This document shows, one piece after another, positions 24,014 to 36,501 of a stretch of DNA of 64,000 nt. This stretch comes from Octopus sinensis (Eukaryota). The stretch spans positions 82,832,001-82,896,000 of the forward strand of contig NC_042998.1 of assembly GCF_006345805.1 (NCBI RefSeq). The letters run 5' to 3'. Both the position numbers and the translations under genes were made by a program. The notes under the pieces were generated by a model. That model saw nothing but the letters and a program-made list of their open reading frames with translations, ran no database searches and was not told the DNA's origin. How positions within the stretch are numbered: the first letter of the stretch is position 1; each line of letters opens with the position of its first letter.

Positions 24014-24730
24014 CTTCAATCCTTTAATTCGATCTTCACCATTCGCGGTGCCTGCAAACCCAAAATCGCCATTATTAGCCCAACCATACTTCCTTTCTTC
24101 TCCAACTCAGAGTTCCGGTCAATCTATTTATATTGCACCTTCTCCCCCCACTCCTATCATTTCTTCTCCGACTCACAGCGATGTCTATTAGCAAGCTAAG
24201 ATTCTCCCTTTGTCTACCGTTTAAATGTTTTGAACTTATATGCACCAACCTGCTTTGCTTTCCTTTTTCTTTCTCTATGCTACCCTAAAAACATCGCCAT
24301 TCCCGCCCATTTCTCTAAAGTACCTTCAATCCTTTAATTCGATCTTCACCATCACCATTCGCGGTGCGCCCACCCTTTCCCACCCCCACCACCAATACCG
24401 GTGAACACTGTTCTCACTGTTCACACCATCTACACCGGATATGCCCTCCCTCACCACCATTATGTGTGTCTCTCCCTCCTACCCCTCCTCCTCACATGCT
24501 TTCACTGTGTATTACCCCCCCCACCGAGACAAGCAGCTAGCGCCGCAGCTCATCAACCGCCCCCCCCACCTATCCTACGTTTCCTCCTGTTTTTGAATCT
24601 GTCACTGCCTCAACCGGGTATCTCCTTCCAGTCCCCTGCCCCACTCGTGAAGTCCTACGTTTTATTTCCTACGAACCTGCATCAACCCTAGCTGTCATCG
24701 TTCCTCACCCCAACCCTCCCCACTGGTGCT
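24009..24730. mobile_element. Unclassified C-rich, CpG-retaining insertion with ~43-bp direct repeats
   Basis: AGTACCTTCAATCCTTTAATTCGATCTTCACC..ATTCGCGGTGC at 24009-24051 and 24319-24367. Confidence 0.4.
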
Positions 24731-24734
24731 TCCC

Positions 24735-25002
24735 TATATTACCTGCACCCCCAAAAGGCACCATCCGAACGTGACCGATGCCAGCGCCGCCTTGGCTGGC
24801 TTCCATGCCGCTGGCACGTAAAAAGCACCCTCTACACTCGCGGAGTGGTTGGCGTTAGGAAGGGCATCCAGCCGTAGAAACTCTGCCAGATCAGACTGGA
24901 GCCTGGAGCAGCCCCTGGCTTCCCAGACTCCGGTCAAACCGTCCAACCCGTGCTAGCACGGAAAACGGACGTTAACGATGATGATGATGATGATGATGAT
25001 GA

Positions 25003-25006
<4 letters not shown>
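24735..25006 (+). mobile_element. SINE family C, young copy
   Basis: CpG-rich; GGCGTTAGGAAGGGCATCCAGCCGTAG; (GAT)n tail. Confidence 0.9.
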
Positions 25007-25056
<50 letters not shown>

Positions 25057-25150
25057 CGAATAACTGTCAGAGACCAGAGCTCAATAGAGAACTCAACAAT
25101 ATATTATATACAAAGAGTCTAGATATATTTTATTAATGAAACTATTGCTT

Positions 25151-25197
25151 GGAATATTACAGCTGTTTCAATACATCATTGCATCTTGTCAAAGTTC
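25151..25197 (-). ncRNA. Hammerhead-like relic
   Basis: Minus strand TTGACAA-GATGCA(ATGA)TGTATT-GAAACAGCTGTA; palindromic stem III and GUA triplet intact. Confidence 0.4.
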
Positions 25198-25489
25198 ACA
25201 ATAAATATGTATGGTGAACTATCACTTCTTATACATGGATAAGAGCCAAAACAATCAGTTTCATGACGATATCATACAGAGGAAAATAAGCAACAAGATA
25301 AATAATAAAAATTAGAGAAAATTAATGCACTATTAAGACTCTGTTTCATATTTTGCATTTGTATGTAGGATATCTGCCAACAGAGATTACTAATAAATGT
25401 TCTATGTACTATTATTGGCCATGCTGGAGCACAGCTCTAAAATAAGGTTTTTGTTGGAAATGGGAATTAAGTCATCTCCATCATTATGA

Positions 25490-26190
25490 CAGCACCACTC
25501 AGCTGAAGTGCCTTCCTTGCAAGTTACTTGGTGGCCTCACTAATGCTGGTGCCATGTAAAATGCAGTCCTCTGGCTCATCAGCTCCTCTCCAACCACCAA
25601 ATCCATGCTAGCATGGGAAACACTGGAAAGCTGCATCAGGATCCAGTCTGATTTGTCACAGTTTTCTACAACTGGATGCCCTTCCTAATGCCAACCACTC
25701 CGAGAGTAACATCGGTATCTGCCACAACTGTGATTTTGTTTGGCTTGATAGGACTTCTTCTCAAGCATGACCTAATGCCAAAGGTCTTGATCATTGCCTC
25801 TGTGAGGACCAACACTTGAAAGGAGCTCAGCCACTTTGCCTCCATGTGGCCCAATGCTCAAAAAGAACTCAACCACCTTGCCTGCATGAGGCTCATTCAA
25901 AAGGAACTCAGTCATCTAGCCTCTGTGAGGCCCAACACTTGAAAGCAACTCAGCTACTTTGCCTTCATGAGGCCCACAAGTTCAGCCACTTTGGCTCCAT
26001 GAGGTTCAATGCTCAAAAGGAACTCAGCCACCTTGCCTCCATGAAGCCTGCTTGAAAGGAACTCAGCCACCTCACCTCCATGAGGCCCAATACTTGAAAG
26101 GAACTCAGCCACTTCGCCTCCAACAGGCCCAATGCTCAAAAGTTGAATGGTTGCATTTGGCTTGACGGGTCGACGATGATGATGATGATA
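25490..26190. mobile_element. Composite family C element containing a 42-bp tandem repeat (about 8 units, 25815-26140)
   Basis: Unit GGCCCAATGCTCAAAAGGAACTCAGCCACTTTGCCTCCATGA. Confidence 0.8.
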
Positions 26191-26512
26191 GTATTGATGA
26201 ATATTTGAAATAATAGAAGTAGGAAATGACATGTCTGCTGGTATAACCTTTCTCGTAGTTTAGAAGCCACCATTCCAGCCTAAAATACATGTCTCCATTC
26301 TGAAGAAAATTTTTCCCCCACATAGTATAGATATTGGTCCATATTTAGCAAAAAACACTGTCTTATTCTATTGCACCTGATCTATCCCAAAGGATAATTC
26401 CTCACTTAAATTAGATCTCACTTAAATTAATTATAAATTATAATGAGACCACTAATTTTAATTATATTAGTTCTCCTTTTAGAATCAAAGTAACAATAAC
26501 AACAACAACAAC

Positions 26513-27200
26513 AGGCAAGATAAAGCTGCACAATATATTCACTAGGTAATTTGCAAAACCTGGACTTGCCCCATGATAAAAACTGGTGGGAACACAAACC
26601 ACCCCTAGTGCTTCAAAATGATCACATCTCACTCTTCTGGAACTTCACCATTCAAAATAACATAAAGATAGATGCAAATAGACCAGACATCATATTGAAA
26701 GACTTCAGACAAAAAGTATGCCTCCTGATTAATATGACTGTCCCAAGCGATAGAAACATATCTGTCAAGATCTACCAAAAACTGAGCAAGTTTGAAGATC
26801 TTGAAATAGAAATTAACAAAATGTGGAGCCTGAAGACTAAAACAATAGCTCTTGTCATAGGTGCCTTAGGAATGATAGTAAAACGGGCTGATTGCTACCT
26901 AGCAAAGATACCAAGAAACCCCTAAATGGCAGAAATTCAAAAGATAGTGCTCATGGGAACTTCCCATATCCTATGTAAAATACTGTCTATGTAATCTCAA
27001 ATTTTAAAACAAACACATAATTTTCTTATGGTTTCTTAAACGTTCTCTAGAACAACACTATGTACAAAACTAAATATATGGCACCATAGGCATAACACCA
27101 ACATGAACTTCTAACTTGTTGTCCCTTGAGGTCTCTTGGTGAGACTTGGAGCCAACTTGTACAAATGCAAAGCAAAAGTTAAACATAAAATAATAAGAAT
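26513..27200 (+). pseudogene. R4/Dong-like non-LTR 3' fragment (REL endonuclease plus 3' UTR, (AAT)n tail)
   Basis: WWEHKP..V..ND...FWNFTIQ...IDANRPDIILKD...K.EDLEIEI.KMW.LKTKT..LVIGALG. Confidence 0.85.
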
Positions 27201-27682
27201 AAGAAGAACAATAATAATAATAAAAATAATAATAATAATAATAACAACAACAACAACAACAGCAACAATATTAATAATAATAAATCTACTGAAACTGCAA
27301 ACCTGCTAAACATGTCTCCTTCCAACCTACAAAGCCATAATTGCAATAATATCACAGAGAATGGGCAGATAACTAGAAGAGCGGAAGGGTACTGCAAAGA
27401 CTCATATGACTGTAAAAACCAGTTATTGATCCCCAAAGCCATAACTGAAAACTGCAAAGGAAAAAAGGAAGTGTTTAAGCACACTGGGATTGATTACCAA
27501 AAGACTTTTGACAGTATTCTCCACACATGGATCATTAAACAGTTTGTGAATAAATTGCAAACAATTTCTGCAGCTACAGACAAAAAAGTGAGTTATTAGA
27601 ACGAAAGCCATACCCATTAGAAGAAGAATACTCAAAGGAGACACTCTTTCCACTTCTATTCTGACTGGACTGACACTTTTAA

Positions 27683-27906
27683 CCCGTTAAGTTCTGCTGT
27701 CCTATAAACAGGACACTAAATGAGAACATTAAATAAGCTATATCACATTGTCTCAGTGTCCTCTTTATAGGACACTGAGTATTTCCATTTCTACTTGAAC
27801 TAAAGGAGTTTTAATTATTATTTTTTTTCATTTTAACCTATTTTCAATCATCTGTAAAGATTTAATACTAATATTCAGAAATTTAAGTACTCTAGGAGTT
27901 AATGGG
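27683..27906. mobile_element. piggyBac-like MITE nested in the R4-like RT
   Basis: TTAA|CCCGTTAAGTTCT...AGGAGTTAATGGG|TTAA; the RT-like sequence resumes across it. Confidence 0.75.
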
Positions 27907-28529
27907 TTAACGACCATGCTAAACAGAACTAGATGTGGATATAACTGCTATGAAAAAACAATCAACCCTCTCTTGTGTACAGATGATCTCAAGCTGTGTG
28001 CGGCAAATGATAAACAACTGGAACGATTACTACAGACAGTGTATAGGTTTACTGGAGAAAGAAATTCAGCTTAAAAAATGTGACAAAGCAACCTTGAAAA
28101 GAGGAAATCTAATTAAGAATAATAATATCACACTAGGTAAAGAAAAGGAAATAAGAGATTTAGACCAAACCCAGACATACAAATACTTAGGAATCAATGA
28201 ACTAGATACTGTGCAACATAAGCAAATGAAAGAGAAGATAAGGAAAGAAAACTAAAGGCAAGTTAGATTAATACTTAAAACAGAGCTTAATACAAAAAAC
28301 AAGATAATAGGTATCAGTAGCTGTCCCAGTTATAAGCTACAGTTACAATATTCTTAATTGGACATTGAATGAAAAAACCAAACTAGACAGGAAAACAAGT
28401 AAAATAATGATGGAGTTTAGAATACATCACCCAAAATCTCACATAGAAAGGTTATATATATATATAATGAATTAAAAGTGGTAGTGGCCTTATACAACTA
28501 GAAAAGTACTATAAAATATCCACCATAGG

Positions 28530-28676
28530 ACTGTGAAATCATAGTTGTGGCTGATGCCAGTGCCACCTGACTTGAGCATGGCCAATACCAGTGCTACCTG
28601 ATTGGCACCTGTGCTGGTGGCACATAAAAAGGTGGATACTGTGCTCTACTATGTACTTAACAGAATATACCATAAC

Positions 28677-28746
<70 letters not shown>

Positions 28747-29092
28747 TCAATGCTAATGCTGCCCAGTGACACCTGAGGTCAATGCCAGTGCCACCTGTGT
28801 TTGATGCCAGTGCCGCCTGGGTTGATGCCAGTGCTACCTGATGGTTGATGCTTGTGCCACTTGATGGTCATTGCCAGTACTGTCTGACAGGCTCCCATGC
28901 CTGTGGCATGTAAAAAGCACCCACTACACTCTCGGAGTGGTTGGCATTAGGAAGGGCATCCAGATGTAGAAACCTTGCCAAATCAGATTGGAGCCTGATG
29001 CAGCCTCCTGGCTTGCCAGTCCTCAGTCAAACCATCCAACCAATGCCAGCATGGAAAGTAGACTTTAAACAACAATGATGATGATGATGATG
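28530..29092 (+). mobile_element. SINE family C copy nested in the R4-like element
   Basis: Internal GCCAGTGCCACCTG repeats, family 3' end, (GAT)n tail. Confidence 0.8.
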
Positions 29093-30147
29093 AGAACCAA
29101 GGAAACTGATACAAATAGCCATAAAGCATGAGCAAAACAAAAAATACTGTTTGCAGTCTTCAAGAAAGCCAAATAATTGAAGAGGTCATAATATTTGACA
29201 AATATGAAAACAAAGCAGAATCAACAAAATCTATGAAGCAGCTAAAGTCTAAGCTAAAACTGAAACTACAAAATACCCAGATAAAATGATGACAAGAAAA
29301 GCTTTTGCAAGACAAATACTGGTATAAGCTACACAGGAAAGAAAATAGACAAAGTAAAATTTCAACATTGGTTGAGAAGCTCAAGTCTCAAAGCAGAGCT
29401 TGCAGGGTTTTTAATTGCTGCTCAAGAACAAACTCCCAGCTAGAAGCCAGCAAAGCCACATAATGAAGAAAAATGCAATATGTAACTAGAGAATATGTGG
29501 CGATGGGAAGAAACAATAAATCATATTGTCCCTGGCTGCCCATTCCTGGATAAGAAGGAAAATATTCACAGATATGACAGAGTTGAGACATATATAAATT
29601 GGAAGCTGCACCAACACTGTGGAATAACAACAGAAAAAAATGATACAAGCATATCCCAGAAACAGTATCAGAAAATGACAAAGCAACCATACTCTAGGAT
29701 ATGCAGGAGTACGAATAGAGAAATCAAGGCTAACAGACCAGATCTTGCTGTCAGAGATGACCAAAAACAGAATGCTTTCTAATCAGCATATCAGTCCCAA
29801 ATGATGACAAAGTATCTCTAAAAGAAACAGAGAACCTCTTGAACTACAAAACTCTGGAAACAGAGATAACCCTAATGTGGAGCCTACAAACAGAAACAAT
29901 CCCTAAAATAAAGGGTGCATTAGGTATGATTAAAAAAAGCAGTCAAAAGCATATTCAAAACACCAGGGCTTACAAAAATACATAACATACAGAAAATAGC
30001 ACTATGAGGCACTGAACATATCTTGCATAAAGCACTTTCAATACAATAAAAATAATAACATTGAAACAAACCACAGTACATACCCCCAAGGCACAGAGAG
30101 CTGTGCTCAGTAGTGCAGTGAAATCATGTGATAAACAACAAGATAAT

Positions 30148-30183
<36 letters not shown>

Positions 30184-30184
<1 letters not shown>

Positions 30185-30365
30185 GACCTGGAAATAGATA
30201 ACATACAGAAAATGGCACTACTAGGCACTGCACACATCCTACGTAAAACACTTTCAATACAGTAACCATAAGAGTATCACAGCAAACCACAGCACATACC
30301 CAAGACACACAGAGCTGTGCTCAGTAGTACAGTTAAAGCACGTTATAAAGATAAGACTACTGACT
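30184..30365 (+). mobile_element. Short 5'-truncated R4-like 3' end directly after the previous (AAT)n tail
   Basis: ACATACAGAAAATGGCACTACTAGGCACTGCACAC...GAGCTGTGCTCAGTAG parallels 29985-30120. Confidence 0.8.
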
Positions 30366-30399
30366 AATAATTATAATAATAATAGTAAGAAGAAGAAGA

Positions 30400-30866
30400 A
30401 TTCTTTCTACTATTGGCACAAGGCCTGGAATTTGAGGGAACAAGGCCATTTGATTAGATCGACTCCAGTATGCAACTGGTACTTAATTTATCGCTCCCTG
30501 AAAGGATGAAAGGTAAAGCCAACCTCGGTGGAATTTGAACTCAGAACGTAGAAACAGGCGAAATACTGCTAAGCATTTTGCCCAGCATGCTAACAATTCT
30601 GTGAGCTTGTTGCCTTGATAATAATAATGATGATGATGATGATGATTTTGACACAAGGCCTGCAATTTCAAGGGATTATATCAATTCAAGGGATTATATC
30701 AATTGATTATATCAATCCCAGTGTTCAGCTGGTAATTATTTTATCAACCCCAGAAGGATGAAAGGCAAAGATGACCTCAATAGCATTTCAACTCAGAATG
30801 AAAGGACAGCCAAAATGCCCCTAAGCATTTTGCCTGGCATGCAAATGATTCTGTCAGCTCACTGCC

Positions 30867-30925
<59 letters not shown>

Positions 30926-31138
30926 CCTTTCTACTAAGGACAAAAAGCCTGAATTTTTGGAGGTCGAGACCAATCAATTTCATCAACCCCAGTGTTTTAC
31001 TGGTACTTAATTCATCTACCCTGAAAGAATGAAAGGCAAGGTTGACTTTGGTGGAATTTGAACTCAGAATGTAGCAGCAGACAAAATACTGCTTAAGCAT
31101 TTCGCTTGGCTTGCAGACAATTCTGCCAGCTTACCACC

Positions 31139-31140
<2 letters not shown>
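30400..31140 (-). mobile_element. Three tandem SINE family B copies separated by AAT/GAT tracts
   Basis: 30400-30616, 30648-30868 and 30925-31140, all in the same orientation. Confidence 0.85.
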
Positions 31141-31199
<59 letters not shown>

Positions 31200-31365
31200 T
31201 GATAATAATAATAATTTCATGCCAGTGTCACTTTGATGACATGCACTGCTCTCTCATTCAATAATAATAATAATACTAATAATAGTAATAGCAATAATAA
31301 TAATACGAAGAAGAAGAAGAAGAAGAAGAAGAGAAGAAGAAGAAGAAGAAGAAGAAGAAGAAGAA
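31141..31365. repeat. (AAT)n and (GAA)n microsatellites
   Basis: Direct reading. Confidence 0.95.
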
Positions 31366-32618
31366 TACAGATGGAATAAGAGTGAAGCAATCAACAACGG
31401 ATGGAATAAAATTTAAGAAATAAGATTGAAGATATCAACACATGGGTGGTTTCACTCCTTAGATATGGAGCAGCACTAATCACATGAACAGTAGATGGAC
31501 TAAACAGAATTGACAGAAACACAAGGAAGTTGCTAACTAGATATGGGTCACTCCACCCAAAAAGTGACACAGACAGACGTATGTACCAAGAAAAAGAGGG
31601 GAAGAGAACTTGTTGGATGTGAACACACCATTAGAGCAGAAGAAAACAACATAGCAAGGTATGAAAAAAATGCCACAGAACCACTATTATTAGAAGTAGG
31701 AAGGTCAGGCTTGTGTAGGATGAAAGATTGCAAAGATAAAGCAGTGTACAAGCAATTGAAAACGAATGAAACAGAAAATAGATGGGTAAAGAAAAGAATG
31801 CATGGACAATTTCATTGGGATGTTGAAGATAAGACAGAGAAAAAAGATGGCTGTGGATGACTAAAAGTGATTGAAAACCGGAAACAGAGGCTGTAATCTG
31901 TGTTGCCCAAGAGCAAACACTAAGAACAAACTACATAGAATACAGAATAGACAACACATCAGAAACTGATAAGTGCAGAATCTGTAGACAAAACGGTGAA
32001 ACTGTATGGCATATTACCAGCCAATGTATGCCACTAGTCCAGAAGGAATATGAAATGCCATGACAATATAGCCAGGCTTGTCTGTTGGATACTTTGCAAC
32101 AAGTATGGACTTGACAGAGCAAAAAGTTGGTACGACCACAAACCTGAAAGCAACATCAAAAATAAAAATGCAGAGATCCTATGGGATTTTATGATTCAGT
32201 GCGACCATGACATAGAGAATAGGAAGCCAGACATAGTCTTAATTGAGAAAGAAAACAAACTTTGCTGGATAATAGATATAGCATACCCAGCAGACAACAA
32301 GGTATGCGATAAGGAAGAAAGAAAAGTCAAGAGATATGACAGGTTAGCTTGGAAAGTTAAGCTGTTATGGTCGATGAAAAAGGTAGCAATAGTACCAATA
32401 ATTGTTGGAGCCCTGGGAACAGTGAGCAAAAATCTCAAGAAGCAGATGGAACAAATAGGGGCTGTAATAAGGGTGAAGCACTTGCAGAAAACAGCAATGC
32501 TTGGAACTGCTCAAATACTCCAGAAGGTGCTCAAAAAATAAGCAGTGTTATTTTAGTTCACTGGTAGTGAACAGCTGACACCAAAGTACATCTCCAGTAT
32601 TAGAAGCTGTGCAAAGGC

Positions 32619-32620
<2 letters not shown>
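31366..32620 (+). pseudogene. Another R4/Dong-like 3' fragment (post-RT, CCHC, REL, (AAT)n tail)
   Basis: KCRICRQNGETVWHITSQC, HDNIARLVCWILCNKYG, NRKPDIVLIEK, VPIIVGALG, LQKTAMLGTAQILQKVL*. Confidence 0.9.
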
Positions 32621-32658
<38 letters not shown>

Positions 32659-33334
32659 TAATAATAATAATAATAATAATTATTATAATAATCTGCTTGT
32701 CATTGTGTGCATTCCCATGTTACACTACAAAGGGAATCAACAAGCACCACTTCAAAAGAAATCAGAAAGCGAGAACACTTACCCTTAACTATTCTCTATC
32801 TGTGTTGATTTGTAAACTAGTCTTATTGGCTCTAGCCTTTTCAAGCTCAATTTTTACAATTGACTTGGTACAATCGTCTATCATATCATTTATTAATCGA
32901 ATGTGTAGTGTGTGTCACTTTGTTAACTAATTAATTATGCATAGCAAATATGAGTGTATGTTATTATCATTTAGCTCTTGGTAATGGAGAAAAAAGAAAA
33001 CAGTTTCTAGCCTAGACCCAAAGGCTCCTTCATTGGAATTTCAACAACATCAACAGTGTGTTCTTGCATGATTGTATGTATGTGAGCAAGTATGGAATCA
33101 GTGCACGTGCAGATCTTTATGATTTGTTTTATGCATGTAAACTCATATATATGTGCATGTCAAGACATGTGCTTCTATACTCATCTGTTTAATTTTTGGA
33201 AAGTTTGACATATTTTGACAGTTCCATTGATGATTCGTATCGGTAGTCTTCTTATTAGTTTTCTTCTTTATGGCTTTGAGAGCTCCGATTTCTCAAGATT
33301 TGTGCTGAAGCAGTTTATTCCATATCCTAGTGTA

Positions 33335-33567
33335 GTTGTGGCCACTGCCAGTATTACATAACTGGCACCCGTGCCCGTGGCACATTAAAAGCACTCACTA
33401 CACTCTCGGAGTGGTTTGTGCTAGGGAGGGCATCCAGCCGTAGAAATCATGCCAAAATCAGATTGGAACCTGGTGCAGCTCCCCAGCTTACCAGTTTTCA
33501 GACAAACTGTCCAATCCATGCCAGCATGGAAAACAGACGTTAAATGATGATGATGATTATGATGATG
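33335..33567 (+). mobile_element. SINE family C copy
   Basis: Family 3' end and (GAT)n tail. Confidence 0.75.
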
Positions 33568-33569
33568 TG

Positions 33570-33893
33570 TCACATTAATTACAGGTATAAATATGAACTT
33601 GTAATCAGGGTAGAGTAGCTGTAAAGTTCTCAATAGTTCTGCATATTTCTTTTTTTTTGCTTCTTTTTCCCAGATTTTTAAATTTATGTTGACATCTGTT
33701 GGCCAACAGATTTCCACCTCTGTATATAGCTTCTCTTCTCTGTCACAAATCATTCTCTGATCTATTATGTGTGCATTTTATTGAGTTTTTCACAGAGACA
33801 TTCCACCATTACTCTTTCATTTTATGAGTGGCTATGGTCTCTGCCACACTGTAGGTTCTTATATCTTATATCTTTGGCCTCAGGATTATCTTG
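33570..33893 (-). pseudogene. REL endonuclease fragment of a further non-LTR lineage
   Basis: WWNVSVKNSIKCTHNRS..ICDREEKLYTEVEI...KYAELLRTLQLLYPDYKFIFIPVI. Confidence 0.75.
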
Positions 33894-33965
33894 TATGTAT
33901 GTATGTATGTATGTATGTATGTATGTATGTATGTATGTATGTATGTATGTATGTATGTATGTATG

Positions 33966-33996
<31 letters not shown>

Positions 33997-34262
33997 GTAT
34001 GTATGTATGTATGTATGTATGTATGTATGTATGTATGTATGTATGTATGTATGTATGTATGTATGTATGTATGTATGTATGTATGTATGTATGTATGTAT
34101 TTATGTATGTATGTATATATGTATGTATGTAATTATGTACGTATGTATTTATGTATATATTATGTATGTATTTATGTCCATATTATGCGTATATTTATGT
34201 ATGTATGTATATATGTATGCATGTATTTATGTATGTATGTACATATTATGTATGTATGTATT
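33893..34262. repeat. (TATG)n microsatellite
   Basis: Direct reading; source of MYVC ORFs. Confidence 0.95.
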
Positions 34263-34265
34263 TAT

Positions 34266-34666
34266 GTGACTGGCTCCCGTGCCGTTGACATGTAAAAAGC
34301 ACTATTTGGGTGTGATCATTACCAGTGTTGCCTTACTAGTACTTGTGCTGGTGGTACGTGAAAAGCAACATTCGAGCGAAGGCATTGCCAGTGCCACTGG
34401 ACTGGCTCCTATGCAGGTGACATGTCAAAACACACTTTGAGCATGGCCATTACCAGTACTGCCTGACTGGCTCTTGTGCTGGTGGCATGTAAAAGTACCC
34501 ACTACACCCTCGGAGTGATTGGCATTAGGAAGAGCATCCAGCTGTAGAAACTCTGCCAGATCAGATTGGAGCCTGGTGCAGCCATCTGGCTCACCAGTCC
34601 CCAGTCAAACCGTCAAACCTGTGCCAGCATGGAAAGCAGACGCTAAATGATGATGATGATGATGAT
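34266..34666 (+). mobile_element. SINE family C copy
   Basis: Internal repeats, family 3' end. Confidence 0.8.
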
Positions 34667-34841
34667 GTACGTATTTATGTATTTATGTATGTATGTATTT
34701 ATGTATGTATGTATGTATTTATGTATGTATGTATTTATGTATGCATGTGTGTATATATGCATATATGCATGTATGTGTATGTAAATTTATACACACATAT
34801 ATACAGATATTTGTATGTGTATGTATATATATATATATATC

Positions 34842-35275
34842 ATTGTCGTTTAACGTCCATCATCCCTGCATCATCATCATCATTTAACATCCATTGTCCA
34901 TGCTGGCATGGGTTGGATGGTTTGACCATGGCTGGTAAGCTGGAAGGCTACACCAGACTCCAGTCTGATTTGGCAAGGTTTCTACAGCTGTATGCCCTTC
35001 ATAATCCCAACCACTCCAAAAGTGTAATGGGTGTTTTTTACGTGCCATCAGTATGGGTGCCATTTGCATGACACCAGTATCTGCCACCCATGCAATTTTG
35101 CTTGGCTTGATGGGTCTTATTCTCAAGCATGATATAATGCCAAAGGTCTCAGTCATTGCCTCTGTGTGGCCCAATGCTCAAAAGGAACTTGGCCACTTTG
35201 CCTCCATGAGGCCCAATGCTCAAAAGATGCTCTTTATATGCCACCAGCATGGGTGCCAGGTACATAACACCAGCA
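34842..35275 (-). mobile_element. SINE family C composite with one 42-bp unit
   Basis: Same architecture as 25490-26190 and 55188-55625. Confidence 0.75.
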
Positions 35276-35379
35276 TGTAAATATATATATATGAATATAT
35301 ATATATGTATGTGTGCATATGCATCAGTACATATATCTGTTATTGCCTGTTTCATATATTTATTATTATATCTATTATA

Positions 35380-35692
35380 TTTATGTATGTATGTTTGTAT
35401 TTATGTATGTATGTATATGTATATGTATGTAAACAAATGTATATATATATAAATGCACATATACGTATATATGTACACATACATGTATATAAACATACAC
35501 ACATACATACATATACATACATACATGCATGCATACATACATACATACATACATACATACATACATACATACATACATACATACATACAATTATACATAC
35601 ATACATACATACATACATACATACATACATACATACATACAATTATACATACATACATACATACATACATACATACATACATACATACATTT
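35380..35692. repeat. (CATA)n microsatellite
   Basis: Direct reading. Confidence 0.95.
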
Positions 35693-36111
35693 ATCTGAAA
35701 TAAAGTAGAAGCTAGCAAACTTAGAAATGTAATAACTACACAGGCATAACTAACTGAAAGTGATACATGAAATCATGAACTGAAGTCTTTGAACTTCACA
35801 TATATCCTGCTATCTATAATATAGAATCTTTATTACTTAGGTAATCTACTACATTAGCATGTGTGAAAGTCTGGGATAAAATTGTGAAAGTGAGTTTTGA
35901 AAGCATAAGTCACAATGAATGGAGGAGTGGTGGAAAGCTAGCTCGAGGGCATATCTGATGGTTTTATTTGAAAATCAAATAACTAAATAAGGGGGTTTCC
36001 AGCTTAATTATTATGGCTCAAGATATTCAATCAGTCAGCAGAGCTCAGAGTGAGCTGACGAGTGTCATGGTGACAAGGAAATGAAATCTATTTTTATTAT
36101 CTTTCATATAG

Positions 36112-36330
36112 TTAAGTCGGTGAGCAGTTGGAATTATTACCGCACTAAACAAAATGCTCAGCAGTATTTCGTCTGGCTTTGTCCATTCTGATTTCAAATA
36201 CCACTGAGGTCGTCTTAGCTTGTCATCATTTTGGGGATCTATAAAATAAGTACCAGTTGAGCCCTAAGATTGATGATTTACCACGTCACTGGAAATTGCT
36301 GGTTTTGTGCCAGAATTTAAAACCATTGTC
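36112..36330 (+). mobile_element. SINE family B, diverged
   Basis: GTCGGTGAGCAGTTGG...ATAAAATAAGTACCAGTTGAG. Confidence 0.6.
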
Positions 36331-36501
36331 TTTCAAATGGTTCAGTGCCACTCTGAAAACCACATTGGATTGGAGAAGCATCATTGAATACCCAGTCCTA
36401 AAATACATTGAATACTTGGTCTTTTCAATCCATGGTTATATTGAATGATTTTCTCATCACCATCACTCAATCCACAGGATGACTTGACAGCCTTACTTTA
36501 A

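Larger units (their letters stand above)
27285..30150 (+). pseudogene. Decayed R4/Dong-like element (RT, CCHC region, REL), interrupted by a MITE and a SINE
   Basis: SYDCKNQLLI, GIDYQKTFDSILHTWI, GDTL, DDLK, TYKYLGI, ETINHIVPGC, ANRPDLAVRD across frames; ends in 3' UTR plus (AAT)n. Confidence 0.85.

Noticed and set aside
32782-32915. Minus-strand frame HIRLINDMIDDCTKSIVKIELEKARANKTSLQINTDRE* with a GTAAGT donor 6 nt after the stop
   Set aside because: No good acceptor, and a stop precedes the donor; cannot be supported without transcripts
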